Below are positions 19,730 to 29,730 of a stretch of 64,000 bases of DNA, in pieces (the stretch's first letter is position 1; the number at the start of each line of letters is the position of its first letter). Source of the stretch: Ezakiella sp. (GTDB lineage Bacteria > Bacillota > Clostridia > Tissierellales > Peptoniphilaceae); contig JALEOH010000034.1 of assembly GCA_022766605.1 (NCBI GenBank), positions 4,470 through 68,469 on the forward strand, in the 5' to 3' direction. The notes under the pieces were generated by a model that did not search any database, was not told the DNA's origin, and was given only the letters and a program-made list of their open reading frames with translations. Made by a program: the position numbers and the translations under genes.

Positions 19730-21175
19730 ATGAGTATATTTAGAAAAAATTTAAATGAAGTGCTCTCCTCCGTAATACCAATTGTTGCTTTGGTATTGTT
19801 GACGACGCTATTTATTGTACCGGCACCAAGCGAGCTGATTATAAGATTCGTAATTGGTTCCATACTTATAATAGTTGGTCTTACTATTTTTCTGGTAGGT
19901 GTTTCAACAGGAGTTGAGAGAATTGCAACAAAATTAGGAACAAGTGCCCAACATATCGGCAGCAAATTTGTAATGTTTTTATTTGGATTTTTAATTGGAT
20001 TTGTAATTACAGTTGCTGAGCCAGACTTAGTTATACTTGCAAAATCGATTGAGGCAAGTGTAGGCATTAACTCATATATAATGGTAGTTGCAGTTAGTAT
20101 TGGAGTAGGTACCATGGTTGGACTTGGCTTCTTAAGGATACTCACCAATTTTAAAATCAAGAATTTCTTTATGATTGCATATGCAGTCGTTTTGGTCTTA
20201 TTTATTCTTCAAAATGATGCATTTAGAAATTTTGCTTTTGATGCGAGCGGTGCAACTACTGGAGCAATGACAACCCCATTTTTACTTGCTCTTGCCCTTG
20301 GGGTATCAAGACTAAAGGGAAGTTATGAAGGTGAGAGAGATTCCTTTGGAATGGTTGGCATTGCAAGTATAGGCCCTGTTATTGCCGTGTTGACATTAGG
20401 TTTTTTTGTAAAAGGCGAGGCAGTTGTAGTTGAAGAGGCAAGTGGAGCATTTAATTTCCTTCATCTTTTGTTAGAATATACAAAAGAGTCGGTTGTTGCG
20501 CTTTTGCCTATAACGCTATTGTATTTGATATTTAATAAGATTAGTTTTAAGCTTCATAAAAAAGAATTTTGGAGTTTGATGCGAGGCCTTCTATATTCAT
20601 TTATAGGCTTGGTATTGTTTTTGACAGGTGTAAATGCTGGATTTACCGATCTAGCAAAAGTTTTGGGGCAAGATCTATTTAGCAAAGGCCCTTGGGTATT
20701 TATATTATTTAGCTTCTTAACTGGACTTGTAGTTGTACTTGCAGAACCGGCTGTTCATTCACTTATCGATCAAGTTGACGAGGTAACAAGTGGTTCAGTT
20801 GATAGAAGACTTTTAAGAATTGCACTTTCCGTTGGGGTTGGAGTTGCAGTAATGTTATCTGCACTTAGGATCACGATTTCAAATTTACAATTATGGATGT
20901 ATCTAGTACCAGGATTTTTAATTGCAATATTGCTCATGAAAAAAGTAGATCCACTATTTGTGGGAATTGCTTTTGACGCAGGAGGAGTTGCATCTGGGCC
21001 AATGACGGCGACATTCGTGCTAGCCCTTATGCAAGGCGCAGCTAGTGTTAGTCCAGGAGCTGATCCAGTAGTAGATGGATTCGGTGTTATTGCAAGCGTG
21101 GCAATGGCACCTGTTGTAAGCCTTATGATACTTGGTATACTATATAATACCAAAAATGCTAAAAATAAGAGGTGA
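19730..21175 (+). CDS. DUF1538 family membrane protein (two repeats)
   Basis: Duplicated AEP motifs, FDASGATTGAMT and FDAGGVASGPMT. Confidence 0.85.
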   Translation: MSIFRKNLNEVLSSVIPIVALVLLTTLFIVPAPSELIIRFVIGSILIIVGLTIFLVGVSTGVERIATKLGTSAQHIGSKFVMFLFGFLIGFVITVAEPDLVILAKSIEASVGINSYIMVVAVSIGVGTMVGLGFLRILTNFKIKNFFMIAYAVVLVLFILQNDAFRNFAFDASGATTGAMTTPFLLALALGVSRLKGSYEGERDSFGMVGIASIGPVIAVLTLGFFVKGEAVVVEEASGAFNFLHLLLEYTKESVVALLPITLLYLIFNKISFKLHKKEFWSLMRGLLYSFIGLVLFLTGVNAGFTDLAKVLGQDLFSKGPWVFILFSFLTGLVVVLAEPAVHSLIDQVDEVTSGSVDRRLLRIALSVGVGVAVMLSALRITISNLQLWMYLVPGFLIAILLMKKVDPLFVGIAFDAGGVASGPMTATFVLALMQGAASVSPGADPVVDGFGVIASVAMAPVVSLMILGILYNTKNAKNKR

Positions 21176-21179
21176 TAAT

Positions 21180-21782
21180 TTGTTTGTAAATCATATTTTA
21201 TTGGATAAAGAGCATGCAAAGCATTTTGTCCACGACATGAGAGAGGTGGGACTTGATAAATATCTTGTTGTGCCTGCCTCGGGAACTGCCAAGAGTTCGA
21301 TACTAAGAGCGCTTGGGATGCATGAAACTAAAAAGGAATTGATATATTGCATTACCTACGATGAAGGAAGGCAAAAGATAAAAAAACTTGCAATTGACAA
21401 ATATCATTTTGATAAAAAGCAAGGTGGAGTATATTATTGTTGTGATACCAACTATAAGAAAGGAGACGAGATGGAAGCGGTAGTTTTACACGTAATTGTA
21501 GATAGGGGAACAGCCGATGACGTAGTGGAAACACTTGAGAAAAACGGTGGCACTGGAGCGACTGTAATTCATGGCAGAGGCTCGGGAATAGAAAAGAGAA
21601 CTGCATTTTTCGATTTTGTAATTGAGCCAGAAAAAGATATAGTATTAGTTGTAACGACTGAAGAAAAAAGACAGGGCATGATAGATGCTTTAAATGAGGA
21701 ATTCGGTTTTGAAAAGAAGAATACCGGAGTAATATTTAGCTTACCAGTGGTGGATGCAGTAGGATTTAACTTTGATCGTTAA
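21180..21782 (+). CDS. P-II-like protein (tandem domains) associated with DUF1538
   Basis: GATVIHGRGSG and EPEKDIVLVV in C-half; TTG start at 21180 after GAGGTGA. Confidence 0.75.
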   Translation: MFVNHILLDKEHAKHFVHDMREVGLDKYLVVPASGTAKSSILRALGMHETKKELIYCITYDEGRQKIKKLAIDKYHFDKKQGGVYYCCDTNYKKGDEMEAVVLHVIVDRGTADDVVETLEKNGGTGATVIHGRGSGIEKRTAFFDFVIEPEKDIVLVVTTEEKRQGMIDALNEEFGFEKKNTGVIFSLPVVDAVGFNFDR

Positions 21783-22488
21783 AATTATCTTTATTCTAAT
21801 TATTTTGGCATGTTCAATCGTGCCAAATTTTTTTATTAAAAAGACCATTTTAAATATAAATTCTAAAAGCGATTTAAGTATATTATTTCTCTCGGATCTT
21901 CACACTAGAATAAGCAAGTATAATGCCACGAAGATTTTAAAGGCAGCTGATGAGGTGGATATAGTATTATTGGGTGGAGATACTCTTGATAGGAAATTTA
22001 ATGGTAGCTCGGTAATCAATATGCTATACTCAATCGAGAAGCCAATTTATTATGTTTTAGGCAATCATGAGGTTGGAAGGGATGATTTAATAGAAAAATT
22101 AGATGAGATTGCGAAGAGGCTAAAGTATGTGGAACTTAAAGATTTGGCAATTTATGGAGTAGATGATCCTCTTTATGATACAGCGTGGACTGTTCCCATC
22201 GTAAAAGATAAAAATAAATATAATATTTTAGTCAGTCACCGCCCAGAATATCTAGACAAATATAAAGATTATGATCTAGCTCTAACAGGTCACGCTCATG
22301 GTGGGCAAGTAAGACTTCCAATTATTGGAGGATTATTTGCTCCGCATCAGGGCTTTTTTCCAAAATATACCAAGGGCATGTATAAAAATACATTTGTATC
22401 AACTGGTGCAACCACTAAAATTCAATTAATAGTGCCAAGAATATTTAATCGCCCTGAATATGTAATAATAAATTTAAAAAATAGCTGA
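21772..22488 (+). CDS. Metallophosphoesterase (calcineurin-like)
   Basis: SDLH, GGD, GNHE, SHRP, GHAHGGQ motifs. Confidence 0.88.
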   Translation: MIVKIIFILIILACSIVPNFFIKKTILNINSKSDLSILFLSDLHTRISKYNATKILKAADEVDIVLLGGDTLDRKFNGSSVINMLYSIEKPIYYVLGNHEVGRDDLIEKLDEIAKRLKYVELKDLAIYGVDDPLYDTAWTVPIVKDKNKYNILVSHRPEYLDKYKDYDLALTGHAHGGQVRLPIIGGLFAPHQGFFPKYTKGMYKNTFVSTGATTKIQLIVPRIFNRPEYVIINLKNS

Positions 22489-22510
22489 TGATTTATTCAC
22501 CAGCTATTTT
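22476..22510. terminator. Bidirectional terminator between convergent genes
   Basis: AAAATAGCTG...CAGCTATTTT inverted repeat with A/T tracts on both sides. Confidence 0.75.
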
Positions 22511-22968
22511 AATTCCATTATAACTGTCTTGCCAGCTTCCACGCTTCCAAGACTTTTTTCAATTGATTTGCCAGCATCACTTGTAATGATAACTGGAGTA
22601 TCAAGAGCTTTATTATTTGATTTTAAAATTTCGAGATCAACTTTAATGAGTGGATCTCCAACTTTGACATTGTCTCCAACTTTTGCAAGCTTGGTAAATC
22701 CCTCGCCTTTTAGTTCAACTGTGTCGATGCCGATGTGTAAAAGTATTTCAACATCTCCTACTTTAAATCCAAGGGCATGTCCTGTATCAAAAAGCTGAGT
22801 TATTTCCCCATCCACTGGAGATAAAACCGTTCCATCAATTGGTCTAATGGTTACGCCATCGCCTACCATTTTTCCAGCAAAGACTGGATCAGCTGTGGAT
22901 GATATATCCACAGCGTCTCCTGTCATAGGAGCATATATCTTTATGCTCTTTTTAAATAATCCAAACAT
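22504..22968 (-). CDS. PTS glucose-family EIIA component
   Basis: DPVFAGKMVGDG, TGHA, ILLHIGIDTVELKGEGF. Confidence 0.92.
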   Translation of the reverse strand: MFGLFKKSIKIYAPMTGDAVDISSTADPVFAGKMVGDGVTIRPIDGTVLSPVDGEITQLFDTGHALGFKVGDVEILLHIGIDTVELKGEGFTKLAKVGDNVKVGDPLIKVDLEILKSNNKALDTPVIITSDAGKSIEKSLGSVEAGKTVIMELK

Positions 22969-22974
22969 ATTTGA

Positions 22975-24432
22975 TTAGATCATCTTTTGGATTTCGTCAT
23001 AGACGAATTGTACTTGTTGGCCAATGATTACTTGTAAAGCATTTTTGCCAGGCTTCATAATTCCAGAAGCGCCAGCTGACTTGATTTGTTGTTCATTGAC
23101 CTTAGCATCGTCTTTAACTTCTACTCTTAGTCTTGTTGAGCAATAGTCTAAACGATCGATATTTTCTTTGCCACCTAGTCCTTGGACGATGGTCTTAGCC
23201 ATTCTATTAAAGTCGGTTGCTTTTGATAAAACTTTTTTATCGGCTTCACCTTTTTCTTCTGTATATGCAAGATCGTCATCTTCACGTCCAGGGGTCTTCA
23301 AATTAAACTTGGTGATGAAGAATCTAAATAATACATAGTAGACTGCAAAGAATACTAGACCCATCAATATTAAGATCCAAGGCTTATTGGCTACTGGATT
23401 CTTAAGTGATAGTATAAAGTCAATTGCACCAGCTGAGAAACCAAATCCACTTGTTGCATGGAATAGATTTGCAATTAACAAAGAAACGCCTGTTAATAGA
23501 GCGTGGATGAAGTATAGTCCTGGAGCTAAGAACATGAATGCGAATTCAATTGGCTCGGTTAGACCGACTAGGAATGATGCAAGAGATGCACTGAGTAAAA
23601 GACCATAGGCTGTCTTTTTCTTTTCAGGCTTTGCTGCATGATACATTGCAAGAGCAGCGCCTGGTAGACCAAACATCATGATTGGGAAGAAGCCGCCCAT
23701 ATACATACCTGTTACTCCTACGGTACCAGTTCCATCAAAGAAGTGTGTGAGGTCGCCAATACCAATAGTATCAAACCAAAATACTGCATTTAGTGCGTGG
23801 TGTAATCCTGCAGGGATTAATAGTCTGTTAAAGAAACCAAATAGTCCTGCACCAACTGCTCCACGTTCAACCATCCAGTTACCAGCTGTTACTAGTCCAC
23901 CATAAATTTTAGGCCATACGAAATAAAGTATGCCTGAAACTAAAATCATTATAAAACTGGTGACAATTGGGGTAAGACGTCTGCCCGAGAAGAATGCAAG
24001 TGCATCTGGCAATTTGGTTTGATGGAAGCGGTCATAACAAGCTGCTGCAACAAGACCAGAGAGGATACCAATAAATGCATTGTTGATCTTTCCGAATCCT
24101 TCTTCGGTTAGAACTTCTGCTCCACCTCTTAACATGCCAACAGTAGCTTCACTAAGTAGTGTTGTAACCGTCAAAAATGCAACGAGACCTGATAGTGCTG
24201 CTGCACCATTGCCATCTTTACTCATGCCATATGCAATACCAACTGCAAATAGTATTGGTAAGTTATCGATAATTGCTCCACCAGCTTTTATCAAGAAAGC
24301 TGCGATTGCACTATTTGCACCCCATCCAGATGGGTCGATCCAATAGCCGATACCAAGAAGCAAGCCTGCTAGAGGTAGTACAGCGACTGGTTGCATGATG
24401 GCTCTTCCGAGTCTTTGTAAATATTTCATCAT
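22975..24432 (-). CDS. nagE: PTS N-acetylglucosamine-specific EIICB
   Basis: YLQRLGRAIMQPVAVLP, GLHHALN, GGFFPIMMFGLP, EIIB CSTRLR; divergent from nagA. Confidence 0.9.
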   Translation of the reverse strand: MMKYLQRLGRAIMQPVAVLPLAGLLLGIGYWIDPSGWGANSAIAAFLIKAGGAIIDNLPILFAVGIAYGMSKDGNGAAALSGLVAFLTVTTLLSEATVGMLRGGAEVLTEEGFGKINNAFIGILSGLVAAACYDRFHQTKLPDALAFFSGRRLTPIVTSFIMILVSGILYFVWPKIYGGLVTAGNWMVERGAVGAGLFGFFNRLLIPAGLHHALNAVFWFDTIGIGDLTHFFDGTGTVGVTGMYMGGFFPIMMFGLPGAALAMYHAAKPEKKKTAYGLLLSASLASFLVGLTEPIEFAFMFLAPGLYFIHALLTGVSLLIANLFHATSGFGFSAGAIDFILSLKNPVANKPWILILMGLVFFAVYYVLFRFFITKFNLKTPGREDDDLAYTEEKGEADKKVLSKATDFNRMAKTIVQGLGGKENIDRLDYCSTRLRVEVKDDAKVNEQQIKSAGASGIMKPGKNALQVIIGQQVQFVYDEIQKMI

Positions 24433-24666
24433 ATATAATTCCTCCTTGAAATTTTATTGTACTAACGTACTATTTATTCTATACCCCTCTTTTATTATAA
24501 TAAACATAATAGTTAAAATATTTTATAAATAATTTCTATTAGAATTATTTTCGCATATATCATGTATGTGAACTTATTTTGTGAAAAATCGCGTAAATAG
24601 TTTTTTATAACTCATTTGTGGTATAAATAAAATATAATGATGCTAATTCAAGGAGGAGATTTTCGA

Positions 24667-25776
24667 GTGAAATATTCAAATGCAAAAGTATTTATAGATG
24701 ATAAATTTAAAATGACCGGCTTTGAGGTTGAAGATGGCAAATTTAAATCATTTGGAGATTATAAAGATGGAGTTGATTTAAATGGAAAGCTTGTCATTCC
24801 AGGACTTACTGATATCCATATGCATGGAGCAATGAAGGCAGATGCCTGTGATGGCGATGTAAATTCAATTAAGACCATTGCAAACTATGAAATGAAAGTC
24901 GGAGTTACGCAATTTTGTGCAACGACCATGACCTACAATGAAGATATTTTAGCGCCGATTTTTTCTTCAATGAAAGAATATGATAATAGCGCTGCAATTT
25001 TAGCAGGCATTCATATGGAAGGCCCTTTTATTGCAGAGGATAAAATAGGAGCGCAAAATCCTAAATATATTCAAAAGCCGGATATCGATATGACCTTGAG
25101 GCTCGATGAATTAAGCGGAGGACTTTTAAAGATCATAAGTATAGCTCCGGAGGTTGAAGGAGCCATGGATTATGCAAAAGCAATTGGAGATAAATATATA
25201 ATTAGTATCGCTCATACGAATTGCGACTACGATACAGCAAAGCTAGCATATCAAAATGGATTTAGTCATCTAACACATATGTATAATGCAATGAATGGCA
25301 TTCACCATAGAAATCCTGGGCCAATCCCTGCGGCACTTGAATCTGGAGTGAGTGTGGAATTGATTACGGATAATGTCCATATTAATCCGGCAATTGTTAG
25401 GATGAGCTTTGAATTATTTAAGGATAAATTGATACTGGTTTCTGATTCTATGAGGGCGACAGGGCTCGGAGATGGCATTTATGATCTTGGTGGACAAGAT
25501 GTTATTATTAAAGGCAATAGAGCTAATTTAGCTGAAAAGGGAAATATTGCAGGCTCTGTTGTAAATTTATTTGACTGTATGAAAACTGCAATTAAAATGG
25601 GGATTGCTCCCGAGATTGCAATAAGGGCAGCAAGTTCAAATCCTGCAAGAAGAATTGGAATTGATGAGAATTATGGTATAATTAAAGAAGATAGATTTGC
25701 TAATTTTTTAGTCTTAGATGAAGATTATAATTTAGAGGAAGTATATATTAAAGGAGAATTAAAATGCAAGAATTAA
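24667..25776 (+). CDS. nagA: N-acetylglucosamine-6-phosphate deacetylase
   Basis: PGLTDIHMHG, HMEGPF, HLTHMYNAM, DNVH, VSDSM; GTG start at 24667 after GGAGG. Confidence 0.92.
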   Translation: MKYSNAKVFIDDKFKMTGFEVEDGKFKSFGDYKDGVDLNGKLVIPGLTDIHMHGAMKADACDGDVNSIKTIANYEMKVGVTQFCATTMTYNEDILAPIFSSMKEYDNSAAILAGIHMEGPFIAEDKIGAQNPKYIQKPDIDMTLRLDELSGGLLKIISIAPEVEGAMDYAKAIGDKYIISIAHTNCDYDTAKLAYQNGFSHLTHMYNAMNGIHHRNPGPIPAALESGVSVELITDNVHINPAIVRMSFELFKDKLILVSDSMRATGLGDGIYDLGGQDVIIKGNRANLAEKGNIAGSVVNLFDCMKTAIKMGIAPEIAIRAASSNPARRIGIDENYGIIKEDRFANFLVLDEDYNLEEVYIKGELKCKN

Positions 25777-27356
25777 AGGCAAAGGGCGTAAGTAAGGGGA
25801 TTTCCATTGCACCAATAAGAGTGCTCAATCGTGAGAGCGAAATTGCTCCACGAAAGTCCGACTCGAAAGATCAAGAGAGACAAAAACTTAAAATGGCTCT
25901 AGCTCGAGCCAATGAAAAGTTGGAGGCGATTAAAGTAAAAATAGAAGGGGAGGAGTCTGAGATTTTTTCTGCCCATCAAATGATGCTAGAAGATCCCGAG
26001 GTCTTAGATAGAATCGACAATTATATAGAAGAGGGATATGTGGCTGAATACTCTGTTTTTTGTGCTAAAAATGAGTTAAAAGAAATATTTAATGCGATGG
26101 ATGATGAATATTTTCGCGCTCGTGCCAACGATATAGAGGATGTGCTAAGTAGAGTGATTAGAATTATAGAAGGCAAGGAAGGTAGCGATCTCGATGGAGA
26201 ATATATATTACTGTCGGACGAACTATATCCTTCGGAAACTCTTGAGATGGATTTTAAAAATATAAAGGGGATTGTAACTTTAAGAGGATCTGTAACGTCA
26301 CATACTACAATACTTGCTAATAATTTAAAGATTCCAGCAATAATTTCCCTTCAAATAGGAGATATCAATGAATATGATGGCAAGCTGGCAATAATAGATG
26401 GCAAAGAGGGAGATCTCATCATTGACCCAAGTGATAAAGTCTTAGATGAATATAAAAACAAAATCGAGCAAATTAAAATTCGCGAGCATGAGTTGCTAAG
26501 TTATAAGAATCGTCCAGCTATTACTAAAGCTGGTAAAAAGATTAGCGTCTATGCAAATATTGGAAGCGATATAGAGGCGGAGCTTGCGCATGAAAATGGG
26601 GCTGAGGGTATAGGGCTATTTCGTTCGGAGTTTTTGTTTTTGGGAAGAGCTTCAGCTCCAGATGAAGAAGAGCAATTCCGTGCATATAAAAATGCAGTCA
26701 ATTATATGAATAAAAAGCCGGTAATAATAAGGACTCTTGATATTGGTGCCGATAAACAAGTAAGCTATCTCAATTTAAAAGAAGAGGACAATCCACAAAT
26801 GGGTCTTCGCGCAATAAGAATATCATTAAAAGACATCGAACTTTTTAAAATACAATTAAGGGCACTTCTTCGTGCAGCAGCATTTGGGTCATTAAAAGTG
26901 ATGCTCCCTATGATAATATCGGTAGCAGAAGTGAAAAAAACGCGCGAAATAATCGAAGATTGCAAAAGAGAATTGGACGAGAAAAATATTGCCTATGGTG
27001 AAATTGAACTTGGCGTAATGATTGAAACTCCGGCCGCAGTTATGATAGCAGATGAGTTAGCGAAGGTGAGTGATTTCTTCTCAATTGGCACTAATGATTT
27101 AGTAAGCTATACTCTTGCTGTCGATAGAACCAATAATGAACTCGATGAATTTAGAGATGACTATCATCCTGCAATAAGAAAAATGATAAAGATGACGGCA
27201 GAGGCTGCCCATAAGAATAATATTGAGGTTGGCATTTGCGGCGCAATGGGAGCAGATCCTAATATGCTAGACTTTTATATAGAAATTGGCATTGACGAGC
27301 TTTCGGTCTCTGTAAGTAAAGTCCTCGATCTAAAAGAGATGATAATAAATAGATAA
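25764..27356 (+). CDS. ptsI: PTS enzyme I (PEP-protein phosphotransferase)
   Basis: GSVTSHTTILA (phospho-His), GLFRSEF, RTLDIGADK, SIGTNDL, ICG. Confidence 0.93.
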   Translation: MQELKAKGVSKGISIAPIRVLNRESEIAPRKSDSKDQERQKLKMALARANEKLEAIKVKIEGEESEIFSAHQMMLEDPEVLDRIDNYIEEGYVAEYSVFCAKNELKEIFNAMDDEYFRARANDIEDVLSRVIRIIEGKEGSDLDGEYILLSDELYPSETLEMDFKNIKGIVTLRGSVTSHTTILANNLKIPAIISLQIGDINEYDGKLAIIDGKEGDLIIDPSDKVLDEYKNKIEQIKIREHELLSYKNRPAITKAGKKISVYANIGSDIEAELAHENGAEGIGLFRSEFLFLGRASAPDEEEQFRAYKNAVNYMNKKPVIIRTLDIGADKQVSYLNLKEEDNPQMGLRAIRISLKDIELFKIQLRALLRAAAFGSLKVMLPMIISVAEVKKTREIIEDCKRELDEKNIAYGEIELGVMIETPAAVMIADELAKVSDFFSIGTNDLVSYTLAVDRTNNELDEFRDDYHPAIRKMIKMTAEAAHKNNIEVGICGAMGADPNMLDFYIEIGIDELSVSVSKVLDLKEMIINR

Positions 27357-27402
27357 TAAATCAAGAGAAGCTGATCTCAATTGGCCTTTATAGGATAATT
27401 AG

Positions 27403-27457
27403 AAAGTAAAAAAAGATTATTGTTAGAGTAATTTTCTATACAATAATCTTTTTACTT
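27403..27457. terminator. Long hairpin after ptsI
   Basis: AAAAGATTATTGT...ACAATAATCTTTT 13-bp inverted repeat extended by AAGTA/TACTT. Confidence 0.7.
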
Positions 27458-27484
27458 GCATTTTGTCCCAAAGTCATTTATAAT
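27456..27484 (+). promoter_or_regulatory. sigmaA promoter for small ORF
   Basis: TTGCAT (27456-27461), 17 bp, TATAAT (27479-27484). Confidence 0.65.
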
Positions 27485-27503
27485 AGTCTTGTGAGGTGAT
27501 GAA

Positions 27504-27605
27504 ATGATTTATTTACTTGGATTGGTAATAATTGTCGTTATAGTAATACTTATACTTCTGCTTAATTTAATACTACCTGTAATGTTCGCTGATGATGATA
27601 TTTAA
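27504..27605 (+). CDS. 33-aa single-TM small protein (not in ORF track)
   Basis: GAGGTGA RBS, ATG 27504; MIYLLGLVIIVVIVILILLLNLILPVMFADDDI; upstream promoter. Confidence 0.6.
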   Translation: MIYLLGLVIIVVIVILILLLNLILPVMFADDDI

Positions 27606-28469
27606 TTTTTTTATAACTTCATCTTTTAAGATGGGATAGAGCAGTCCATTTTTGGTGGTTTCAACCACCCTATTATTGTGCAAGAAATACCTGCATTCAC
27701 GACCTTCAAGCAAGGTCTTTTTTGTTTGAAAAGAGAGTGTTAGTTCGTCGTCATTTGAAAAGACTTTCGTAAACTCATCGTAAAAGTCGATATTGTATTT
27801 GTTGCCGTCAAGCACAATTATCAATTCATCATTTTTACAATAAAAATTTTTACAAAATAGACTATTGTCCTTTATGTGATAGCTTCTCGCTGACTTTATA
27901 TATTTTAAAGCCTCCATCAATATCGGTAAATTTTTTACATCATAATAATTGTGATTTAATAACTCACGCTTTTTATCATCTGAATTAGAGGAAATGGCAT
28001 CCAAATATAGTTTTATAGTCTCTTTGCCAGAAAGAGGGTCATCCCGATAGATATCCAGCAGACTCTCGATGGATTTTAAATCTATTTTATCCATCATTAG
28101 AAATTTCTTATTGTGGCGAAATATTTTATAAATATCATAGCTTTTTTCAGGAAAGACAAGTTCCATTTTATAGCTGCGCGCTCTATTTTTTAAAAAGTTA
28201 AGGTCAAAGACCTCGCCATTAAATGTTATTATTCTTTTAAAATAACTCAACTCTTGTTGTAAAAGTGCAAGGCTAGCAAGTTCATCCTTGACACTTTCTA
28301 TAAAAATTTGTTTTGTTATAATATCTCGATCTCTTAAAAAAGAGTATCCAATGCACCAAGCATAGTCAGCATATGGACGAACTCCAGTGGTTTCTATATC
28401 TAAAAAAATATCCTCTTCATCTATAAATTCATTGCCGATGTAATTGTCTTTATATTTAAAGACCTCCAT
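27573..28469 (-). CDS. YprB-like ribonuclease H-like (DEDD) domain protein
   Basis: FLDIETTG, TFNGEVFDLNFL, YDIYK, HNYYDV. Confidence 0.8.
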   Translation of the reverse strand: MEVFKYKDNYIGNEFIDEEDIFLDIETTGVRPYADYAWCIGYSFLRDRDIITKQIFIESVKDELASLALLQQELSYFKRIITFNGEVFDLNFLKNRARSYKMELVFPEKSYDIYKIFRHNKKFLMMDKIDLKSIESLLDIYRDDPLSGKETIKLYLDAISSNSDDKKRELLNHNYYDVKNLPILMEALKYIKSARSYHIKDNSLFCKNFYCKNDELIIVLDGNKYNIDFYDEFTKVFSNDDELTLSFQTKKTLLEGRECRYFLHNNRVVETTKNGLLYPILKDEVIKKLNIIISEHYR

Positions 28470-29443
28470 TATATTTTAAAAAACTCCTCTATTTCACTAT
28501 TATTTTTATTTGCCGCAATAAGGGCCATTAAAGCAATGCGCACCTTTTGTCCGGGAAGAGCTCCACCATTTATTACGCCAATGCTAAAGAGCTCACGGCC
28601 GCCACCTTTATAGCCATAGCTTCCAAGCACTCTACCAGTAGAACAGCGACTGACCATAACCACTGGGATCTTGTTGTCGATTGCTCTTTTTATTGAAGGA
28701 ACTGTCTTTGGTGGTACATTTCCACGACCCAGAGCTTCAATTACTATGCCTTTGTAATTATTGTCAATATAGAAATCTATTATATCTCCTTCAATTCCAG
28801 ATGCCATTTTTAACAAGGCTATTTTTGGCTCAAGGCAGTCTATTATACATTTATTAATACTTCTTTCGCGACGATAATAAAGTACTTCATCGTTGTCTAT
28901 TATGCCAAGGGGTCCAAACTCAGGAGATTTAAAAGTATTTACTGAAAGGGTGTTGGTCTTAGTTACCTGTGCAGCTGAATGAACTTCATTATTCATAACT
29001 ACAAGTGTTCCAAGTCCAACTGACTCCTCATTTAGACATGTTGCAATAGAAGCTGTAAGATTAAGTGCTCCATCATATCCAAGCTCACTTGCATTTCTCA
29101 TAGCACCAGTTACAACTATGGGCTTTTTATTGTCAATTGTAATGTCAAGGTAATATGCAGTCTCTTCTAATGTATCGGTTCCATGAGTTACAATTACACC
29201 AATTGTCTCCTCTTCATTTAGTGCTTTAATAACTTCATCTCTTATTAAAATCATCTTTTCATGATCCACATGAGGAGAAGGAATATTAAAAATTTCTCTC
29301 TCTTCGATATAGACTCCCTTGATATGTGCTTTTACATTATTCATTAGCTCGTCTGCAATTGGAGATGGAATTGCAGCACCAAGAGTGGGATCTATCTTCA
29401 TGGCTATAGTGCCACCTGTTAAAATTACAACTATCTTCTTCAT
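28469..29443 (-). CDS. ansA: L-asparaginase (type I-like)
   Basis: TGGTIAM, HGTDTLEETA, VTGAMR, EALGRGN. Confidence 0.9.
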   Translation of the reverse strand: MKKIVVILTGGTIAMKIDPTLGAAIPSPIADELMNNVKAHIKGVYIEEREIFNIPSPHVDHEKMILIRDEVIKALNEEETIGVIVTHGTDTLEETAYYLDITIDNKKPIVVTGAMRNASELGYDGALNLTASIATCLNEESVGLGTLVVMNNEVHSAAQVTKTNTLSVNTFKSPEFGPLGIIDNDEVLYYRRERSINKCIIDCLEPKIALLKMASGIEGDIIDFYIDNNYKGIVIEALGRGNVPPKTVPSIKRAIDNKIPVVMVSRCSTGRVLGSYGYKGGGRELFSIGVINGGALPGQKVRIALMALIAANKNNSEIEEFFKI

Positions 29444-29730
29444 AATTCACCTCATGTATATGATAATTCATTTTGTTTATTTCTTCAAGTATTACATATT
29501 GGAATAAAGTTTTTTTAAAAATATTATTTTGCAATTTTGAAATAAAAAAATTCATAAATTGACTCAAATACTCTTAAAATCATTGGAGCTGTATGGATAA
29601 TGAATAAAAAAAGCTTTCTATTGCAAAAAGTGAGCACAATCACAATAAAAATATTTTTTGTAAACTCTAAGGGCTTGAAATTAATTGCTAAATTAGGTAA
29701 AATCAAGTTATAATATATATGGAGGAAGAT

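Noticed and set aside
24433-24666. NagR/NagC operator between nagE and nagA
   Set aside because: AT-rich near-palindromes exist but none matches dre or ROK-family spacing convincingly
29444-29730. Cobalamin riboswitch ahead of glutamate mutase
   Set aside because: Region is very AT-rich with no GGGAA/GCCACTG B12-box elements
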